A stretch of 64,000 nt of DNA from Rikenellaceae bacterium (GCA_031548515.1 JAVBRB010000014.1:7614-71613); one strand, 5' to 3'; positions 17,767-28,674 are shown, counted from the first letter of the stretch. The notes: a model not told the origin generated them from the letters alone. Numbers and translations are program-made.

Positions 17767-18925
17767 GGGCGAGTTCGGCCATCATGGCGGCGCCATAGAC
17801 GAGGGCGTTCTCGTTGGGACAGAATGTCGAGGTATGCAGTTTGCTTGAATGCCCTTCAACCGCACCGACTCCCAAGCGGTAAAATACCGATGGATATAAC
17901 TGTGTGTAGAATCCGAAATCCTCGGCTGTGGGACGCATGTCGAGTTCCCGGACGGCATCCCTCCCGAAAAGAGAGGCTGCGATCTGAGCCGCATTGTCGG
18001 TCAAACGGAAATCGTTGACGACGCTCGGAAATCCCTTGTCGATATCCGCTTCCACAGTCGTGCCATGGCGTTGTCCGATCTCGGTGCATATTTCCAGGAT
18101 ACGTTCCTTGATCTTTTCGCGCCACGCCTCGTCGAAAGCACGCAGAGTCCCCTCCAGGTAAACGCTGTCGGGAATGACGTTGGTGCTTCCGTTTGCGATG
18201 ACGCGACCTATGGATATCACCGACGGAAGCGCCTTGTCGGGATTTTCGCCAGGCAGGGCCAACATGGTGGTGACTAGTTCTGCAGCCGTTGCGACAGGGT
18301 CTTTCAGGTCGGCGCGCATGGCTCCGTGACCTCCCTGTCCGCGTATTGTGAAGCGTATTTCGTCGCTCGAAGCCATATATTTCCCCGGCCGGAAACCGAA
18401 AACACCGGTCGGCAGTTCCGGTTCGACATGTTCCCCTATAAAAGCTCTCACGGTGTAATCCCTGAATATATTTTCGGCGAGTACCAGAGATGCGCCTCCC
18501 GGATTGCGCTCTTCGCCCGGTTGGAAAAGCCCAAAAACGGTTCCGTGTATCTCTTTTCTGTGTTCTTTCAGCAGGAGCAGTGCGCCGAATAATACCGCAG
18601 CGTGCATGTCATGTCCGCAGGCGTGCATCACGCCGGGATTCTGCGACGCGAAATCGAGGCCTGTCTCTTCCGTCACCGGCAGCGCGTCTATGTCGGCACG
18701 CAGGACTATAGCCTGCCGCAGGTCGCCGTGCCCTTCAATACGCGCGAGAACGCCAGTCCCGGCAATCGGAACACATGGAATATTCTCGGCTTCGAGTGAC
18801 GCGATGATATAAGCCTGCGTCGCCATCTCGCGGAACGAAAGTTCGGGATGCGCATGCAGATACCGGCGGAAAGCCTGCGCCTTCCCGAAAACTGCTTCCG
18901 CCTGCCTGATGATTTCGTGCATCAT
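17702..18925 (-). CDS. M20D-family amidohydrolase (N-acyl-L-amino-acid amidohydrolase-like)
   Basis: HACGHDMH metal-binding motif and M20 dimerisation-domain pattern. The C-terminal tail ...CCAKQSPPERRSSAAGR is encoded by repeat copy B. Confidence 0.85.
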   Translation of the reverse strand: MMHEIIRQAEAVFGKAQAFRRYLHAHPELSFREMATQAYIIASLEAENIPCVPIAGTGVLARIEGHGDLRQAIVLRADIDALPVTEETGLDFASQNPGVMHACGHDMHAAVLFGALLLLKEHRKEIHGTVFGLFQPGEERNPGGASLVLAENIFRDYTVRAFIGEHVEPELPTGVFGFRPGKYMASSDEIRFTIRGQGGHGAMRADLKDPVATAAELVTTMLALPGENPDKALPSVISIGRVIANGSTNVIPDSVYLEGTLRAFDEAWREKIKERILEICTEIGQRHGTTVEADIDKGFPSVVNDFRLTDNAAQIAASLFGRDAVRELDMRPTAEDFGFYTQLYPSVFYRLGVGAVEGHSSKLHTSTFCPNENALVYGAAMMAELALELFCCAKQSPPERRSSAAGR

Positions 18926-18928
18926 CCC

Positions 18929-19891
18929 CTAAAAAACTTTTCTAACTATCCTGGCGATGTTGTCCGTCCGCCCCATCGAGTAAAAATGTATGACCGGTAG
19001 CCCCGCTTTTTTAAGCCCCTCGGCCTGCATGGCGGCCCATTCCATACCGACTTCGCGCACTTGGGAGTTGTCGCGGCAGGCGTCGACGGCGCGGACCAGA
19101 TCCTGCGGCAGGTCGACATGAAAGGTCTGCGGCAGCACGGTCATGTGCGATTTCGTGGATACCGGCTTGATGCCTGGCACTATCGGGACGGTTATTCCGG
19201 CCGCACGGCATGTGTCGATGAATCGCAGTATGCTGTCGTTGTCGAAACTCATCTGCGTGACGATATACTCGGCCCCGGCATCGACTTTCCGTTTGAGGTT
19301 GGCGACGCACGTATCGGGATTGGGTGATTCGGCGTGCTTCTCGGGATACCCGGCCACACCTATGCAGAAGTCCGTACAGTGGCCGCTCCTGCCTTCCCCG
19401 TCTATGTAGATGCCGCGGTTCATGTCGGCAATCTGTTCCACCAGCTGGCAAGCGTAGCTGTGCCCCTGGTGGTGCGGTTCAAAGCGCATTTCACCTTTGC
19501 GGCAGTCGCCGCGCAGGGCCAGCACGTTGTTTATGCCCAGGAAATCCATGTCGATGAGCGCATCTTCGATGTCGTATTTAGAGATGCCGCCGCAGATCAG
19601 ATGGGGAACGGCCTCGATTCCGTAACGCTTCATGATGGCTGCCGAGATGCCCACGGTTCCGGGCCTGTGGCGCACCAGATGCCTTTCGAGGAGTCCGCCG
19701 GTTTGTTCCGTGTATTTGACGTCTTCGCGATGGAATGTCACGTTTATATAAGCCGGATCGAGCGGTGCAAGGGTGTCTATTGCCTCGAAAACCCCTTCCG
19801 TACCATCGCCCTTGAGCGGAGGTAGCAGTTCGAAAGTGAAACGGCACCCGCCCCCGGCCTGTGTTTTTTTTATGATATCTATGATCTTCAT
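18929..19891 (-). CDS. metF: 5,10-methylenetetrahydrofolate reductase
   Basis: Start set at Met45 of ORF 18929..20023 (MKIIDIIKK...). This ATG overlaps the metH stop (ATGA). Typical MetF pattern [11 protein letters not shown]. Confidence 0.9.
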   Translation of the reverse strand: MKIIDIIKKTQAGGGCRFTFELLPPLKGDGTEGVFEAIDTLAPLDPAYINVTFHREDVKYTEQTGGLLERHLVRHRPGTVGISAAIMKRYGIEAVPHLICGGISKYDIEDALIDMDFLGINNVLALRGDCRKGEMRFEPHHQGHSYACQLVEQIADMNRGIYIDGEGRSGHCTDFCIGVAGYPEKHAESPNPDTCVANLKRKVDAGAEYIVTQMSFDNDSILRFIDTCRAAGITVPIVPGIKPVSTKSHMTVLPQTFHVDLPQDLVRAVDACRDNSQVREVGMEWAAMQAEGLKKAGLPVIHFYSMGRTDNIARIVRKVF

Positions 19892-22800
19892 AATCTGCTG
19901 ATAAGTCTCTTTATTTCGTTCGCGGGTTTTCCGCGGCGGCGGGCGTAATCCTCGAACTGGTCCTCCCCGATCGGCCCGAGCGTGAAATATTCGGCTTCGT
20001 GGTCGGCGACCATCAATCCGCACAGCGCTTCGCCCGGTTCGATCATGTAATTTTCAGTCAGGCGCATTCCTGTGGTCTGCGGCACGGCCAGCAGCGCGAA
20101 AACTTCCTCTTTGAGCGAGTGGTCGGGCGTGGCCGGATACCCGAAAGCATAGCGCAGGCCCCGGTATTTTCCGCGAACAGCGTCTTGCGGGGAGATATCT
20201 TTTTGTTGGTAGCCCCACGCCACACGGCGCATGAATTCGTGGACGGCCTCGGCGAAAGCCTCTGTGAGGCGGTCGGCCAGCAATTTGGCCATGATGGCGT
20301 TGTAGTCGTCGCCTTCTGCGCGCAGTTTTTCGACAAATTCCTTCAGCCCAATACCTGCGGTCACGGCGAACGCCCCTATATAATCCTGCCCTTCGTCGGA
20401 TATATAATCGGCGACCGACAGGTTCACAGTTTTGCCGGGAGTTTGGTTCCGCAGTTGCGGCAGACGGACCTCTTCGCCTTTCGTGCCTGTTATTATTATA
20501 TCGTCACCATTCCTGCGTGCCGGAAAAATCCCTGCAGTGCCGTTTAGGATGAGCAGATGTTCGGTCTTTATCCGCGCGAGCAACGACTGCGCGTCATCGA
20601 AAAGTTTGCGGGCCTCGGCGCCTTTTTCAGGCGAGTCGAAGATCTGCGGCCAGGTTCCCTTGATGTCCCATGCCGCGAAAAAATATGTCCAGTCGATGTA
20701 AGGCTCGGCGCTTTCGACTGGATAGTCCGAAAAAACGATGCGACCAATGTGTTGAGGTTCGACGATGCCTCCGGCCGGTTTAATGTAACGGTTTTTGCGC
20801 GCGAGTTCCAACGGGACTGGATGACGGTTCTGCACAGTGACGCTGAAAAGTTCACGCTCGACCTGCTGTTGCGCTTTGGTCTCAGCGACGAATTTTTCAC
20901 GGTCCGGGCCGAGCAGTTGCGCGAGTATTCGCACATTGTCCGAAGCGTCGCGCGAATGTATTACCGTATTAGTGTACTCAGGCGCTATCTTCACTGCGGT
21001 GTGAAGTTTAGATGTGGTCGCACCCCCGATTATTACAGGAATATGAAGCCCGCGCCGTTCGAGTTCGCGCACAACCTTTATCATCTCGTCGAGAGACGGG
21101 GTTATCAGTCCGCTTAGCCCGATGGCGTCCACCTTGTTCTTTTCGGCCTCGTCCACAATCCTTTCGCACTCGACCATCACGCCGAGGTCGATTATTTCGT
21201 AGCCATTACACGACATAACCACGGAAACTATGTTCTTGCCTATGTCGTGTACGTCGCCTTTGACGGTGGCAATAAGCACTTTCCCATTGGATTTTACGGC
21301 CGTATCGCAGCCTTTCATATATGGACTCAGCGCGTCTACCGCCCGGCGCATTACGCGGGCGCTCTTTACCACCTGCGGCAGGAACATCTTGCCCGCTCCG
21401 AACAGTTCCCCGACTTCGCCCATTGCAGGCATCAGCATCGTGTCGATGACGGCCAGCGGGGAACCCGCTTCGCGGTATGCCTCCAGAGCGTCTTCGCCTA
21501 TGTGTTCGTCGAGGCCCTTGAGCATCGCGTATGAGATGCGTTCGGCCAGCGGTTTAGTGCGCCAAGACTCTTTTTCTTCGGTCTTTTTTGTGTCAGTGCC
21601 GTTCGCTTTCAGTTCTTCTGCGTATGCCGAAAGCCTTTCGGTGGCATCCGGGCGGCGATTTAGTACGACATCCTCCGTAAGTTCCAACAGACGCGGTTCG
21701 ATGTCCGAGTATATCTGCAACATCCCGGCGTTGACGATTCCCATGTCGAGTCCCGCCGCGATGGCGTGGTACAAAAACACCGAGTGCATCGCCTCTCTCA
21801 CAGTATTGTTGCCCCTGAACGAGAACGAAAGGTTGCTCACCCCTGCACTTACTTTGGCATGGGGCAGGTTTTGCTTGATCCAGCGCACAGCCTCGATGAA
21901 ATCCACGCCGTAGTTGTCGTGTTCGGGGATGCCGGTCGCGACGGCCAGAACGTTGGGGTCGAAAATTATATCATCGGCGGGAAAGCCGTTGTCCATCAAT
22001 AATTTGTAGGCACGCCAGGCGACCTCGATCTTGCGGGCGCATGTGTCGGCCTGTCCGCGTTCGTCGAACAGCATCACCACAGCCGCGGCGCCGTAACGCC
22101 TTACAAGCGCGGCCCGGCGCAGGAATTCTGCCTCGCCCTCTTTCAGCGAGATCGAGTTGACTATGCTTTTACCCTGAGTGCAGCGTAATCCGGCTTCGAG
22201 GACGTCCCAATTCGACGAGTCTATCATAAAGGGTACTCGCGCCAGTTCCGGTTCGGCGGCGGCCATGTTCATGAAGCGGGTCATCGCCGCCGGACCGTCG
22301 ATCATGCCGTCGTCCATGCAGACATCCACGATCTGCGCCCCGTCGGCCACCTGGTCGCGGGCGATGCCCACGGCCTCTTCGTATTTACCCTCGCGGATCA
22401 GCCGTGCAAACCTTGCCGAACCCGCCACATTGGCCCGTTCGCCTATGTTGACGAAATTGCTTTCGGGAGTAATGGTAAGCGGTTCGAGTCCTGCGAACAC
22501 TGTGATATGCCGTTTTTCGGGGAGGGGACGCGGAGAGTATTTCCCGGCGACCGCGCTCACGAGCCGTATGTGTTCGGGAGTCGTGCCGCAGCATCCCCCT
22601 ATGATGTTGATAAGACCTTGTTTGAGATATTCCTCGACGTCGCCGGCGAACATCTGCGGGGTTTCGTCGTAGCCGCCCGCGATGTTAGGGAGTCCGGCGT
22701 TGGGGTGTGCCGAGATGCGGCATTCGGCCACCGCAGCCAACCGTTCAAGGTAGGGGCGCATCTGCCGCGCACCAAAGGCGCAGTTTAATCCCACAGAAAG

Positions 22801-23514
22801 CAGGTCGCCATGAGCCAACGAAGTGTAGAAAGCCTCGACGGTCTGTCCCGAAAGCGTCCGGCCCGAAATGTCGGCGATCGTCCCCGAAGCCATTACGGGT
22901 ATCCGCACGCCACGTTCCTCGCGCAGGCGGCCTGTGGCGAAAAGGGCAGCCTTGGCGTTGAGCGTGTCGAAAATAGTTTCTACCAGCAGTATGTCTGCAC
23001 CGCCGTCCAGCAGTCCACGCGCCTGGTCGTAATAGGCATCGGCGAGCTGCCTGAAAGTGACGTCGCGCGCTGCAGGGTCGTTCACATTCGCCGAAAGGGC
23101 CGCCGTGCGGTTCGTAGGTCCCATAGAACCTGCAACGAAACGAGGTTTCGACGGATTGCGCAGTGTGAATTTATCGGCCTCGGCACGAGCTATGCCGGCT
23201 GCCGCGCGGTTCATCTCGTAGATATATTCCTGCAGGCCGTAGTCCTCCATCGAGACGGCGTTGGCGTTGAAACTGTCGGTCGAAACGATGTCCGCACCGG
23301 CCGCAAGGTACGCTTCGTGTATGCCGGCGATCACATCCGGGCGCGTCAGGACGAGTATGTCGTTGCACCCTTTTAATGGGGTAGACCACTGCGCGAACCT
23401 CTCTCCACGGTAATCCTCTTCTGAGAGTCCGCGACGCTGCACCATTGTACCCATCCCGCCGTCGAGGACGAGAATGCGCCGTTCAGCCTCTTCGTATATC
23501 GAATATTTTTGCAT
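19888..23514 (-). CDS. metH: Cobalamin-dependent methionine synthase
   Basis: 1208 aa with Hcy-binding, pterin-binding, B12-binding ([10 protein letters not shown]) and AdoMet-activation modules. Confidence 0.97.
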   Translation of the reverse strand: MQKYSIYEEAERRILVLDGGMGTMVQRRGLSEEDYRGERFAQWSTPLKGCNDILVLTRPDVIAGIHEAYLAAGADIVSTDSFNANAVSMEDYGLQEYIYEMNRAAAGIARAEADKFTLRNPSKPRFVAGSMGPTNRTAALSANVNDPAARDVTFRQLADAYYDQARGLLDGGADILLVETIFDTLNAKAALFATGRLREERGVRIPVMASGTIADISGRTLSGQTVEAFYTSLAHGDLLSVGLNCAFGARQMRPYLERLAAVAECRISAHPNAGLPNIAGGYDETPQMFAGDVEEYLKQGLINIIGGCCGTTPEHIRLVSAVAGKYSPRPLPEKRHITVFAGLEPLTITPESNFVNIGERANVAGSARFARLIREGKYEEAVGIARDQVADGAQIVDVCMDDGMIDGPAAMTRFMNMAAAEPELARVPFMIDSSNWDVLEAGLRCTQGKSIVNSISLKEGEAEFLRRAALVRRYGAAAVVMLFDERGQADTCARKIEVAWRAYKLLMDNGFPADDIIFDPNVLAVATGIPEHDNYGVDFIEAVRWIKQNLPHAKVSAGVSNLSFSFRGNNTVREAMHSVFLYHAIAAGLDMGIVNAGMLQIYSDIEPRLLELTEDVVLNRRPDATERLSAYAEELKANGTDTKKTEEKESWRTKPLAERISYAMLKGLDEHIGEDALEAYREAGSPLAVIDTMLMPAMGEVGELFGAGKMFLPQVVKSARVMRRAVDALSPYMKGCDTAVKSNGKVLIATVKGDVHDIGKNIVSVVMSCNGYEIIDLGVMVECERIVDEAEKNKVDAIGLSGLITPSLDEMIKVVRELERRGLHIPVIIGGATTSKLHTAVKIAPEYTNTVIHSRDASDNVRILAQLLGPDREKFVAETKAQQQVERELFSVTVQNRHPVPLELARKNRYIKPAGGIVEPQHIGRIVFSDYPVESAEPYIDWTYFFAAWDIKGTWPQIFDSPEKGAEARKLFDDAQSLLARIKTEHLLILNGTAGIFPARRNGDDIIITGTKGEEVRLPQLRNQTPGKTVNLSVADYISDEGQDYIGAFAVTAGIGLKEFVEKLRAEGDDYNAIMAKLLADRLTEAFAEAVHEFMRRVAWGYQQKDISPQDAVRGKYRGLRYAFGYPATPDHSLKEEVFALLAVPQTTGMRLTENYMIEPGEALCGLMVADHEAEYFTLGPIGEDQFEDYARRRGKPANEIKRLISRL

Positions 23515-24324
23515 TTATTTCTTGAATACTTCCACTTCGAACAGCTTGTTCCACTTTTTGCCGGTGACGAAAATACGTTCGGTTGCGGGATCGTAAGCTA
23601 TGCCGTTCATCACGTCTGTATTGCGCGTAACCACGAGTTGTGACTCTATACCCCTGAAATCGATTGCACCTTCGACCGCGCCGGTTTCGGGGTTTATTAT
23701 AATAATGTTCTCGGTCATATATACGTTGGCCCATATCCTGCCCCCGATCCACTCCAGTTCATTGATATTCTGTACCGGTTTATTGCCGTTGCGCACCTGT
23801 ATGGTACGTTCTGTTTTGAAAGTTTCCGGATTCACGACCGCGATATTGGGCGAACCGTCGCTCATGTAGAGTTTTGTACCGTCGGTAGTGACACCCCAGC
23901 CTTCGCCCGAATATCCGAATTCACGTATTTTTTCAAAAGTTTCGGCGTCGTAGACGAAAGCCTTGCCTTCGAGCCACGTGAGCTGATATATTTTGCCATC
24001 CAGCCGTGCCGCCCCTTCGCCGAAATAAGCGGCGTCGAGCGAAACCTGTTTGACTGGCAGTCCGCTCTCCAGGACGACTTTTCGCATGGATGAGTGGCCA
24101 TACTCGCCGGTGCTTTCGTACAGGAACCCGTCATGCCAGAACAGGCCTTGGGTATAGGCTCCCGTGTCGTGCGGATAGGCTTTGACTATCCTGTAACCGT
24201 ATGGCTCCGCTGTTTTCACTTCGGGATTGTTCCGCGTCTGCGACTTTTTTTGCATATTGCCGCTGCGTCCGCCGCAAGCGATCAGGCACACGGCGCAAAG
24301 GAGCGATGCTATGGCGTATTTCAT
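23515..24324 (-). CDS. Glutaminyl-peptide cyclotransferase (beta-propeller type) lipoprotein
   Basis: Start at MKYAIASLLCAVCLIAC (lipobox). YPHDTGAYTQGLFWHDGFLYESTG matches the plant/bacterial glutamine cyclotransferase family. Its stop abuts the metH ATG (TAAATG). Confidence 0.8.
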   Translation of the reverse strand: MKYAIASLLCAVCLIACGGRSGNMQKKSQTRNNPEVKTAEPYGYRIVKAYPHDTGAYTQGLFWHDGFLYESTGEYGHSSMRKVVLESGLPVKQVSLDAAYFGEGAARLDGKIYQLTWLEGKAFVYDAETFEKIREFGYSGEGWGVTTDGTKLYMSDGSPNIAVVNPETFKTERTIQVRNGNKPVQNINELEWIGGRIWANVYMTENIIIINPETGAVEGAIDFRGIESQLVVTRNTDVMNGIAYDPATERIFVTGKKWNKLFEVEVFKK

Positions 24325-24364
24325 CGTTTTTTCGGTAAAAATGACGTACAAAGATACGAAAACT

Positions 24365-24399
24365 GAATTATGAATTATGGATTATGGATTATGAATTGG
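24365..24399. repeat. Tandem heptamer repeat G[GA]ATTAT x5
   Basis: GAATTAT GAATTAT GGATTAT GGATTAT GAATTGG, in the divergent QC/serS intergenic region. Confidence 0.8.
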
Positions 24400-24451
24400 C
24401 AATGCGTGTTGATTTTTTAATTAATTTTTATAAAAAGGGATCACTTTTCAC

Positions 24452-24459
24452 TATCTTTG
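24452..24459 (+). promoter_or_regulatory. Bacteroidota -7 promoter box (TATCTTTG) for serS
   Basis: Perfect TAnnTTTG 25 nt upstream of the ATG at 24484. Confidence 0.5.
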
Positions 24460-24483
24460 GAGCCTCTATAAAATGGATAAGTT

Positions 24484-25755
24484 ATGCTTACACTGAAACA
24501 GATAAGGGGCGAACGCGCTGAGACCATAGCGCGCCTTGCGGTCAAGGGTTTCGACGCAGCTCCGGTCATTGAAAAGATCGAACTGCTGGACGACCGCCGC
24601 AAGGCCATACAGACCGAACTCGACAACCTGCTGGCCCGTCAGAATCAGGCTGCCAAACAGATCGGCCAACTGATGGGGCAGGGCAAACGCGATGAAGCCG
24701 AGCAGGCGAAAGCCGATGTAGCCGCACTCAAGGAACTTTCGAAGGGCCTTGACGAAGAGTTGAAAACCGTGACGGACGAACTCAATGCAGCGATAGTCGT
24801 GTTGCCGAATCTTCCGGCTGCGATGGTTCCTGAAGGCCGTACTGCCGAAGACAATGTGGTCGTTAAGATACGCGAGGATTATCCAGAACCGATGGAGAAC
24901 GCGCTTCCGCACTGGGAGTTAGCTGCAAAATATGACATTATAGACTTTGAATTGGGCGTGAAGCTGACTGGCGCGGGTTTCCCAGTCTATAAAGGACAGG
25001 GTGCGGCCCTGCAGCGCGCGCTTATAGCATATTTCATCGACCGCAACACAGCGGCCGGGTACACCGAAATACAGCCGCCCATTATGGTCAACGAGGCCTC
25101 CGGCTTCGGCACGGGACAGCTTCCAGACAAGGAGGGACAGATGTACCACGCGACCGTCGATAACCTCTATCTCGTGCCGACCGCGGAAGTTCCCCTCACG
25201 AACATCTACCGCGACGTGATCCTCGAAGAGAGAGACTTTCCGGTGAAGATCACGGCCTACACACCCTGTTTCCGCCGCGAGGCCGGCTCCTACGGCAAGG
25301 ACGTGAGGGGGCTTAACCGCCTGCACCAGTTCGACAAGGTGGAGATAGTGCGCCTCGAAAAACCAGAAGATTCATACGCGGCCCTCGACGAAATGGTCGC
25401 CCACGTTGAATCGCTGGTTGCGGAACTCGGCCTGCCGTACCGCATACTGCGTCTTTGCGGAGGCGACATGAGTTTCACTTCGGCACTCACCTATGATTTC
25501 GAAGTGTGGTCGGCGGCACAGGAACGCTGGCTGGAGGTATCTTCGGTGTCGAATTTCGAGTCATTCCAGTCGAACCGTCTGCGTCTGCGCTACCGCGATG
25601 CCGACAAGAAAATGCAGCTTGCCCACACGCTCAACGGAAGCTCGCTGGCCCTGCCGCGCATAGTGGCCGCCCTGCTCGAGAATTACCAGACGCCAGAAGG
25701 CATCATGATACCCGAAGTTCTGCGTCCTTACACGAAGTTCGATATTATTAGATAG
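24484..25755 (+). CDS. serS: Seryl-tRNA synthetase
   Basis: N-terminal coiled-coil arm plus class II core motifs (FRREAGSYGKDVRGLNRLHQFDKVE, GSSLALPRIVAALLENYQ). Confidence 0.97.
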   Translation: MLTLKQIRGERAETIARLAVKGFDAAPVIEKIELLDDRRKAIQTELDNLLARQNQAAKQIGQLMGQGKRDEAEQAKADVAALKELSKGLDEELKTVTDELNAAIVVLPNLPAAMVPEGRTAEDNVVVKIREDYPEPMENALPHWELAAKYDIIDFELGVKLTGAGFPVYKGQGAALQRALIAYFIDRNTAAGYTEIQPPIMVNEASGFGTGQLPDKEGQMYHATVDNLYLVPTAEVPLTNIYRDVILEERDFPVKITAYTPCFRREAGSYGKDVRGLNRLHQFDKVEIVRLEKPEDSYAALDEMVAHVESLVAELGLPYRILRLCGGDMSFTSALTYDFEVWSAAQERWLEVSSVSNFESFQSNRLRLRYRDADKKMQLAHTLNGSSLALPRIVAALLENYQTPEGIMIPEVLRPYTKFDIIR

Positions 25756-25783
25756 TTTCTTTGGACAATCGGCATGGATTGTG

Positions 25784-25791
25784 TATATTTG
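25784..25791 (+). promoter_or_regulatory. Bacteroidota -7 promoter box (TATATTTG)
   Basis: Perfect TAnnTTTG 32 nt upstream of the ferredoxin ATG. Confidence 0.5.
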
Positions 25792-25822
25792 CTAACGTTT
25801 TTAACCTACAAGAATATTAAAC

Positions 25823-25993
25823 ATGGCTTACAAAATTGATCCCGATCTGTGTACTGCATGCGGTACCTGCATCGACGAATGTCCGGTTGAAGCGATATCT
25901 GCAGGCGACGTTTACGTTATCGACGGCTCCACCTGCATCGATTGCGGAGCATGCGCAGGCGTATGCCCTGTAGAGGCTATAAGCCCGGAATAG
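25823..25993 (+). CDS. 2x[4Fe-4S] ferredoxin (56 aa, below ORF-track cutoff)
   Basis: Own translation: MAYKIDPDLCTACGTCIDECPVEAISAGDVYVIDGSTCIDCGACAGVCPVEAISPE. It contains two CxxCxxCxxxCP motifs. Confidence 0.85.
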   Translation: MAYKIDPDLCTACGTCIDECPVEAISAGDVYVIDGSTCIDCGACAGVCPVEAISPE

Positions 25994-26014
25994 GGGAAAT
26001 CCTCGAAACCGTTT

Positions 26015-26042
26015 GGCCGTCCCTTTCGGGGCGGCTTTTTTT
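26015..26042 (+). terminator. Intrinsic terminator after the ferredoxin gene
   Basis: Hairpin GGCCGTCCC-TTTC-GGGGCGGC followed by TTTTTTT. Confidence 0.7.
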
Positions 26043-26132
26043 ATTGGCTTTGGATAAATCCAATATAAGATGAATCTCAGCCATTCTGTAAATTAGTTTG
26101 CAATGGCTCCCGGCTTTCACTATATTTACGCC

Positions 26133-27248
26133 ATGAAGCAGAATGATATTTTAGACAGGGCTTTGCGCCGCGAAACGCTGACAGAAGAAGACGGGATGTT
26201 CCTGTGGGAGTGCGTACCGCTGCCTGACCTTGCGATGGCGGCTGATTCGGTGCGGCGTGCCGTCGTTCCGGACCCGTCGGTGGTGACGTGGCAAGTGGAC
26301 CGCAACGTCAACATCACCAACGTCTGCATCTCGGCCTGCAAATTCTGCAACTTCCACTGCCGTCTGGGCGAAACCGATAAGGCTTACATACTCTCCATCG
26401 ACGAATACGCGCCCAGGATAGAGGAAACGCTTGCCCTCGGCGGCGACCAGTTGCTTCTTCAGGGCGGGCTGCATCCGCGCCTCGGGATAGATTTCTACGA
26501 AGGGCTGTTCTCAGAACTGAAACGCCGCTGGCCGCAGATCCGCCTGCATGCGCTGGGAGCGCCTGAAGTCGCTCACATAGCCCGGATAAGCGGCCTTAGG
26601 GTGCGCGAAACGCTCGAAAGACTTGTTACCGCCGGACTCGATTCTCTGCCGGGTGCAGGTGCTGAAATACTCATAGACGAGGTGCGCCGTGCGATATCTC
26701 CTGGAAAACCCTCGGCACAGCAATGGCTCGACGTGATGCGCGAAGCCCACCGCATGAACCTGCCGACTTCGGCCACCATGATGTACGGCCATGTCGAAAC
26801 TCCGCGCCACATAATCCAACACCTTATAAAGATACGCGATTTGCAAAGCGAAGTCCCTATGGGGAATCACGGGTTCGTCGCATTCATTCCGTGGATTTTC
26901 CGCAGCAATGGGACACAGCTTGAAAAGGAGGGTTTCACGACGCGTTTTTCACCGCTCGAATACCTGCGTGTGATTGCAGTGAGTCGTTTGATACTGAATA
27001 ATATAAATAATATTCAGGCGTCGTGGTTGACAGTGGGAAAACAGACCGCCCAAATCGCCCTGCACAGCGGAGCCAACGACATGGGTTCGATCATGATAGA
27101 GGAAAATGTGGTGTCGTCGGCCGGAGCGGCCAACCGTTTCGATGCCGCCGGGATACAGGCCGCGATCCGCGAGGCGGGTTTTACTCCGCAGTTGAGAGAC
27201 CAGCTTTACCGTCCGCGCCCTTGGCCTTTGCCTTGTCAAAACGGCTGA
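26133..27248 (+). CDS. Radical SAM enzyme of the MqnC/MqnE/CofH family (futalosine-pathway type)
   Basis: CISACKFCNF (CxxxCxxC) cluster and a family-typical C-terminal half. Start set at MKQNDILDRAL. I cannot separate MqnC from MqnE by eye. Confidence 0.7.
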   Translation: MKQNDILDRALRRETLTEEDGMFLWECVPLPDLAMAADSVRRAVVPDPSVVTWQVDRNVNITNVCISACKFCNFHCRLGETDKAYILSIDEYAPRIEETLALGGDQLLLQGGLHPRLGIDFYEGLFSELKRRWPQIRLHALGAPEVAHIARISGLRVRETLERLVTAGLDSLPGAGAEILIDEVRRAISPGKPSAQQWLDVMREAHRMNLPTSATMMYGHVETPRHIIQHLIKIRDLQSEVPMGNHGFVAFIPWIFRSNGTQLEKEGFTTRFSPLEYLRVIAVSRLILNNINNIQASWLTVGKQTAQIALHSGANDMGSIMIEENVVSSAGAANRFDAAGIQAAIREAGFTPQLRDQLYRPRPWPLPCQNG

Positions 27249-28674
27249 TGGCATCGTAGACCGCCTGTTGGATGGTGTAGCGCGCCATCGATTCCGAAAA
27301 AACCTTACTGTCGCGCGTCGGATAGGTACGGTTTGTCAGCAGTACATATATCAACTCGTATTCCGGGTCGGCCCACACGAAAGTTCCCGTAAATCCCGAA
27401 TGCCCGAAACTCGACGCCGAGACCGCCGGGGCGGGGTAGGCGTCTTTCATTTTAAGTGTGTCGTTGCCGGGATAGGGCTTGTCGAAGCCGAGCGCCCTGC
27501 GGTTGTCGTTCTTAGGATACTGCATCCGCGTCCATTCGGCGATCGTCACAGGCCTCAGGTAGCGTTTCCCGTCGTAGATACCCCCGTTCAGAAGCATCTG
27601 CATCACCACGGCGAGGTCGTGAGCGGTCCCGAAAAGACCGGCGTTGCCGGAAACCCCTCCCATGATCGCCGCAGACTCGTCATGGACATATCCGCATACA
27701 GTGGTGTGACGGAAACATTCGTCATTCTCGGTGGGGACTATTTTTTCAAGGTCTGTCGTTTTGTAGGGATTGTATCTCAGTCCTATCCCGAGAGGCTTGT
27801 AAAATTCATCGGTCACATACTCCTCGAACCCGCGGCTTGTGACCTGTTCCACGACCTCCGGAAAAAGCAGGAACGGAATGTCCGAATAGCGGTATTTTTT
27901 CGGCTTGAGTTCCACATCCCTGATCTGGTCGAACAGCATGTCGCGGTACTTGCGGTTGATGTACATGTCGTAATAAACGTCGACCGGATAGCGCACCGAG
28001 TAGCTGCAGCTGAAACAATCCTCGTTGTACGCCCATTCTTCCCATTTTGTCTTTTTGTACTTGCTGTTCTCCGCTTTTTTGGCATCTTCCTCCTCCTCGG
28101 CGTCGCTTTTCATCAGGCGCAGCATGGGTATTCCGGAGGGAAAACCCGCCTGATGGGCAAGCATCTCGCGAAATGTGATATCCTTTTTGTCGGTATCCCT
28201 GAACGGCCTGTAATATTTCGAGAATGGCTCGTCGAGTCCTATGCGGCACTCTTCGGCAAGTTTCATCAGGGCGAGGGTGGAGGATGCGATCTTTGTGATC
28301 GAAGCGAGGTCGTAAATATGGTCGTTCTCTACTGGCGTGAGTTCCGAATAGTCGTGCCAGCCGTAGCTGTGTTCCATTACGACTTTGCCGCCGCGAGCGA
28401 CGAGCACCTGGCAGCCCGGGAAAGCGTGTTTCGCGATGGCCGCCGCGACGATAGAATCGACGGTGCGGTAGAGGTATGCACTGTCTATCCCGGCTTCACG
28501 GGGGGATGCGTTCACCAGCACCGGCGCGGCGCACCACGTCCCGTGCTCCGGCGGCGCAAGCTGCGCGAATGCAGATATTAACGATAAGTGATTAGTGATT
28601 AGTAGAAGAGAGACAAAGCAGACTCGTGTGATTTGCCTCACAACACTTTTGTCCTTAATCTTTTCTTTAACCAT
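27181..28674 (-). CDS. Serine hydrolase of the beta-lactamase/class C PBP family
   Basis: Signal peptide and SxxK motif (DLASITKIAS). Convergently overlaps the radical SAM gene by 68 nt. Confidence 0.8.
   Translation of the reverse strand: MVKEKIKDKSVVRQITRVCFVSLLLITNHLSLISAFAQLAPPEHGTWCAAPVLVNASPREAGIDSAYLYRTVDSIVAAAIAKHAFPGCQVLVARGGKVVMEHSYGWHDYSELTPVENDHIYDLASITKIASSTLALMKLAEECRIGLDEPFSKYYRPFRDTDKKDITFREMLAHQAGFPSGIPMLRLMKSDAEEEEDAKKAENSKYKKTKWEEWAYNEDCFSCSYSVRYPVDVYYDMYINRKYRDMLFDQIRDVELKPKKYRYSDIPFLLFPEVVEQVTSRGFEEYVTDEFYKPLGIGLRYNPYKTTDLEKIVPTENDECFRHTTVCGYVHDESAAIMGGVSGNAGLFGTAHDLAVVMQMLLNGGIYDGKRYLRPVTIAEWTRMQYPKNDNRRALGFDKPYPGNDTLKMKDAYPAPAVSASSFGHSGFTGTFVWADPEYELIYVLLTNRTYPTRDSKVFSESMARYTIQQAVYDAISRFDKAKAKGADGKAGLSTAE
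28572..28605. repeat. Heptamer-periodic GATTA-type block inside the 5' coding region
   Basis: GATATTA ACGATAA GTGATTA GTGATTA on the plus strand. Positions 28592-28602 are the exact inverted complement of 28702-28712. Confidence 0.7.

Noticed and set aside
24365-24399. CRISPR array (also considered for 28572-28714 and 61321-61348)
   Set aside because: These are 7-nt tandem repeats without spacers. No 24-48-nt repeat/spacer periodicity occurs anywhere in the window, and there are no cas genes.
27268-28581. Long antisense ORFs (this one, plus 9009..10328 -, 4673..5827 -, 38720..39886 +, 43986..45104 +, 33252..34235 +, 41481..42479 -, 52579..53349 +) as real genes
   Set aside because: Each lies fully opposite a gene with strong family motifs. 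Each also has Arg/Gly/His/Pro-rich, motif-free translations typical of shadow ORFs in GC-rich coding DNA.
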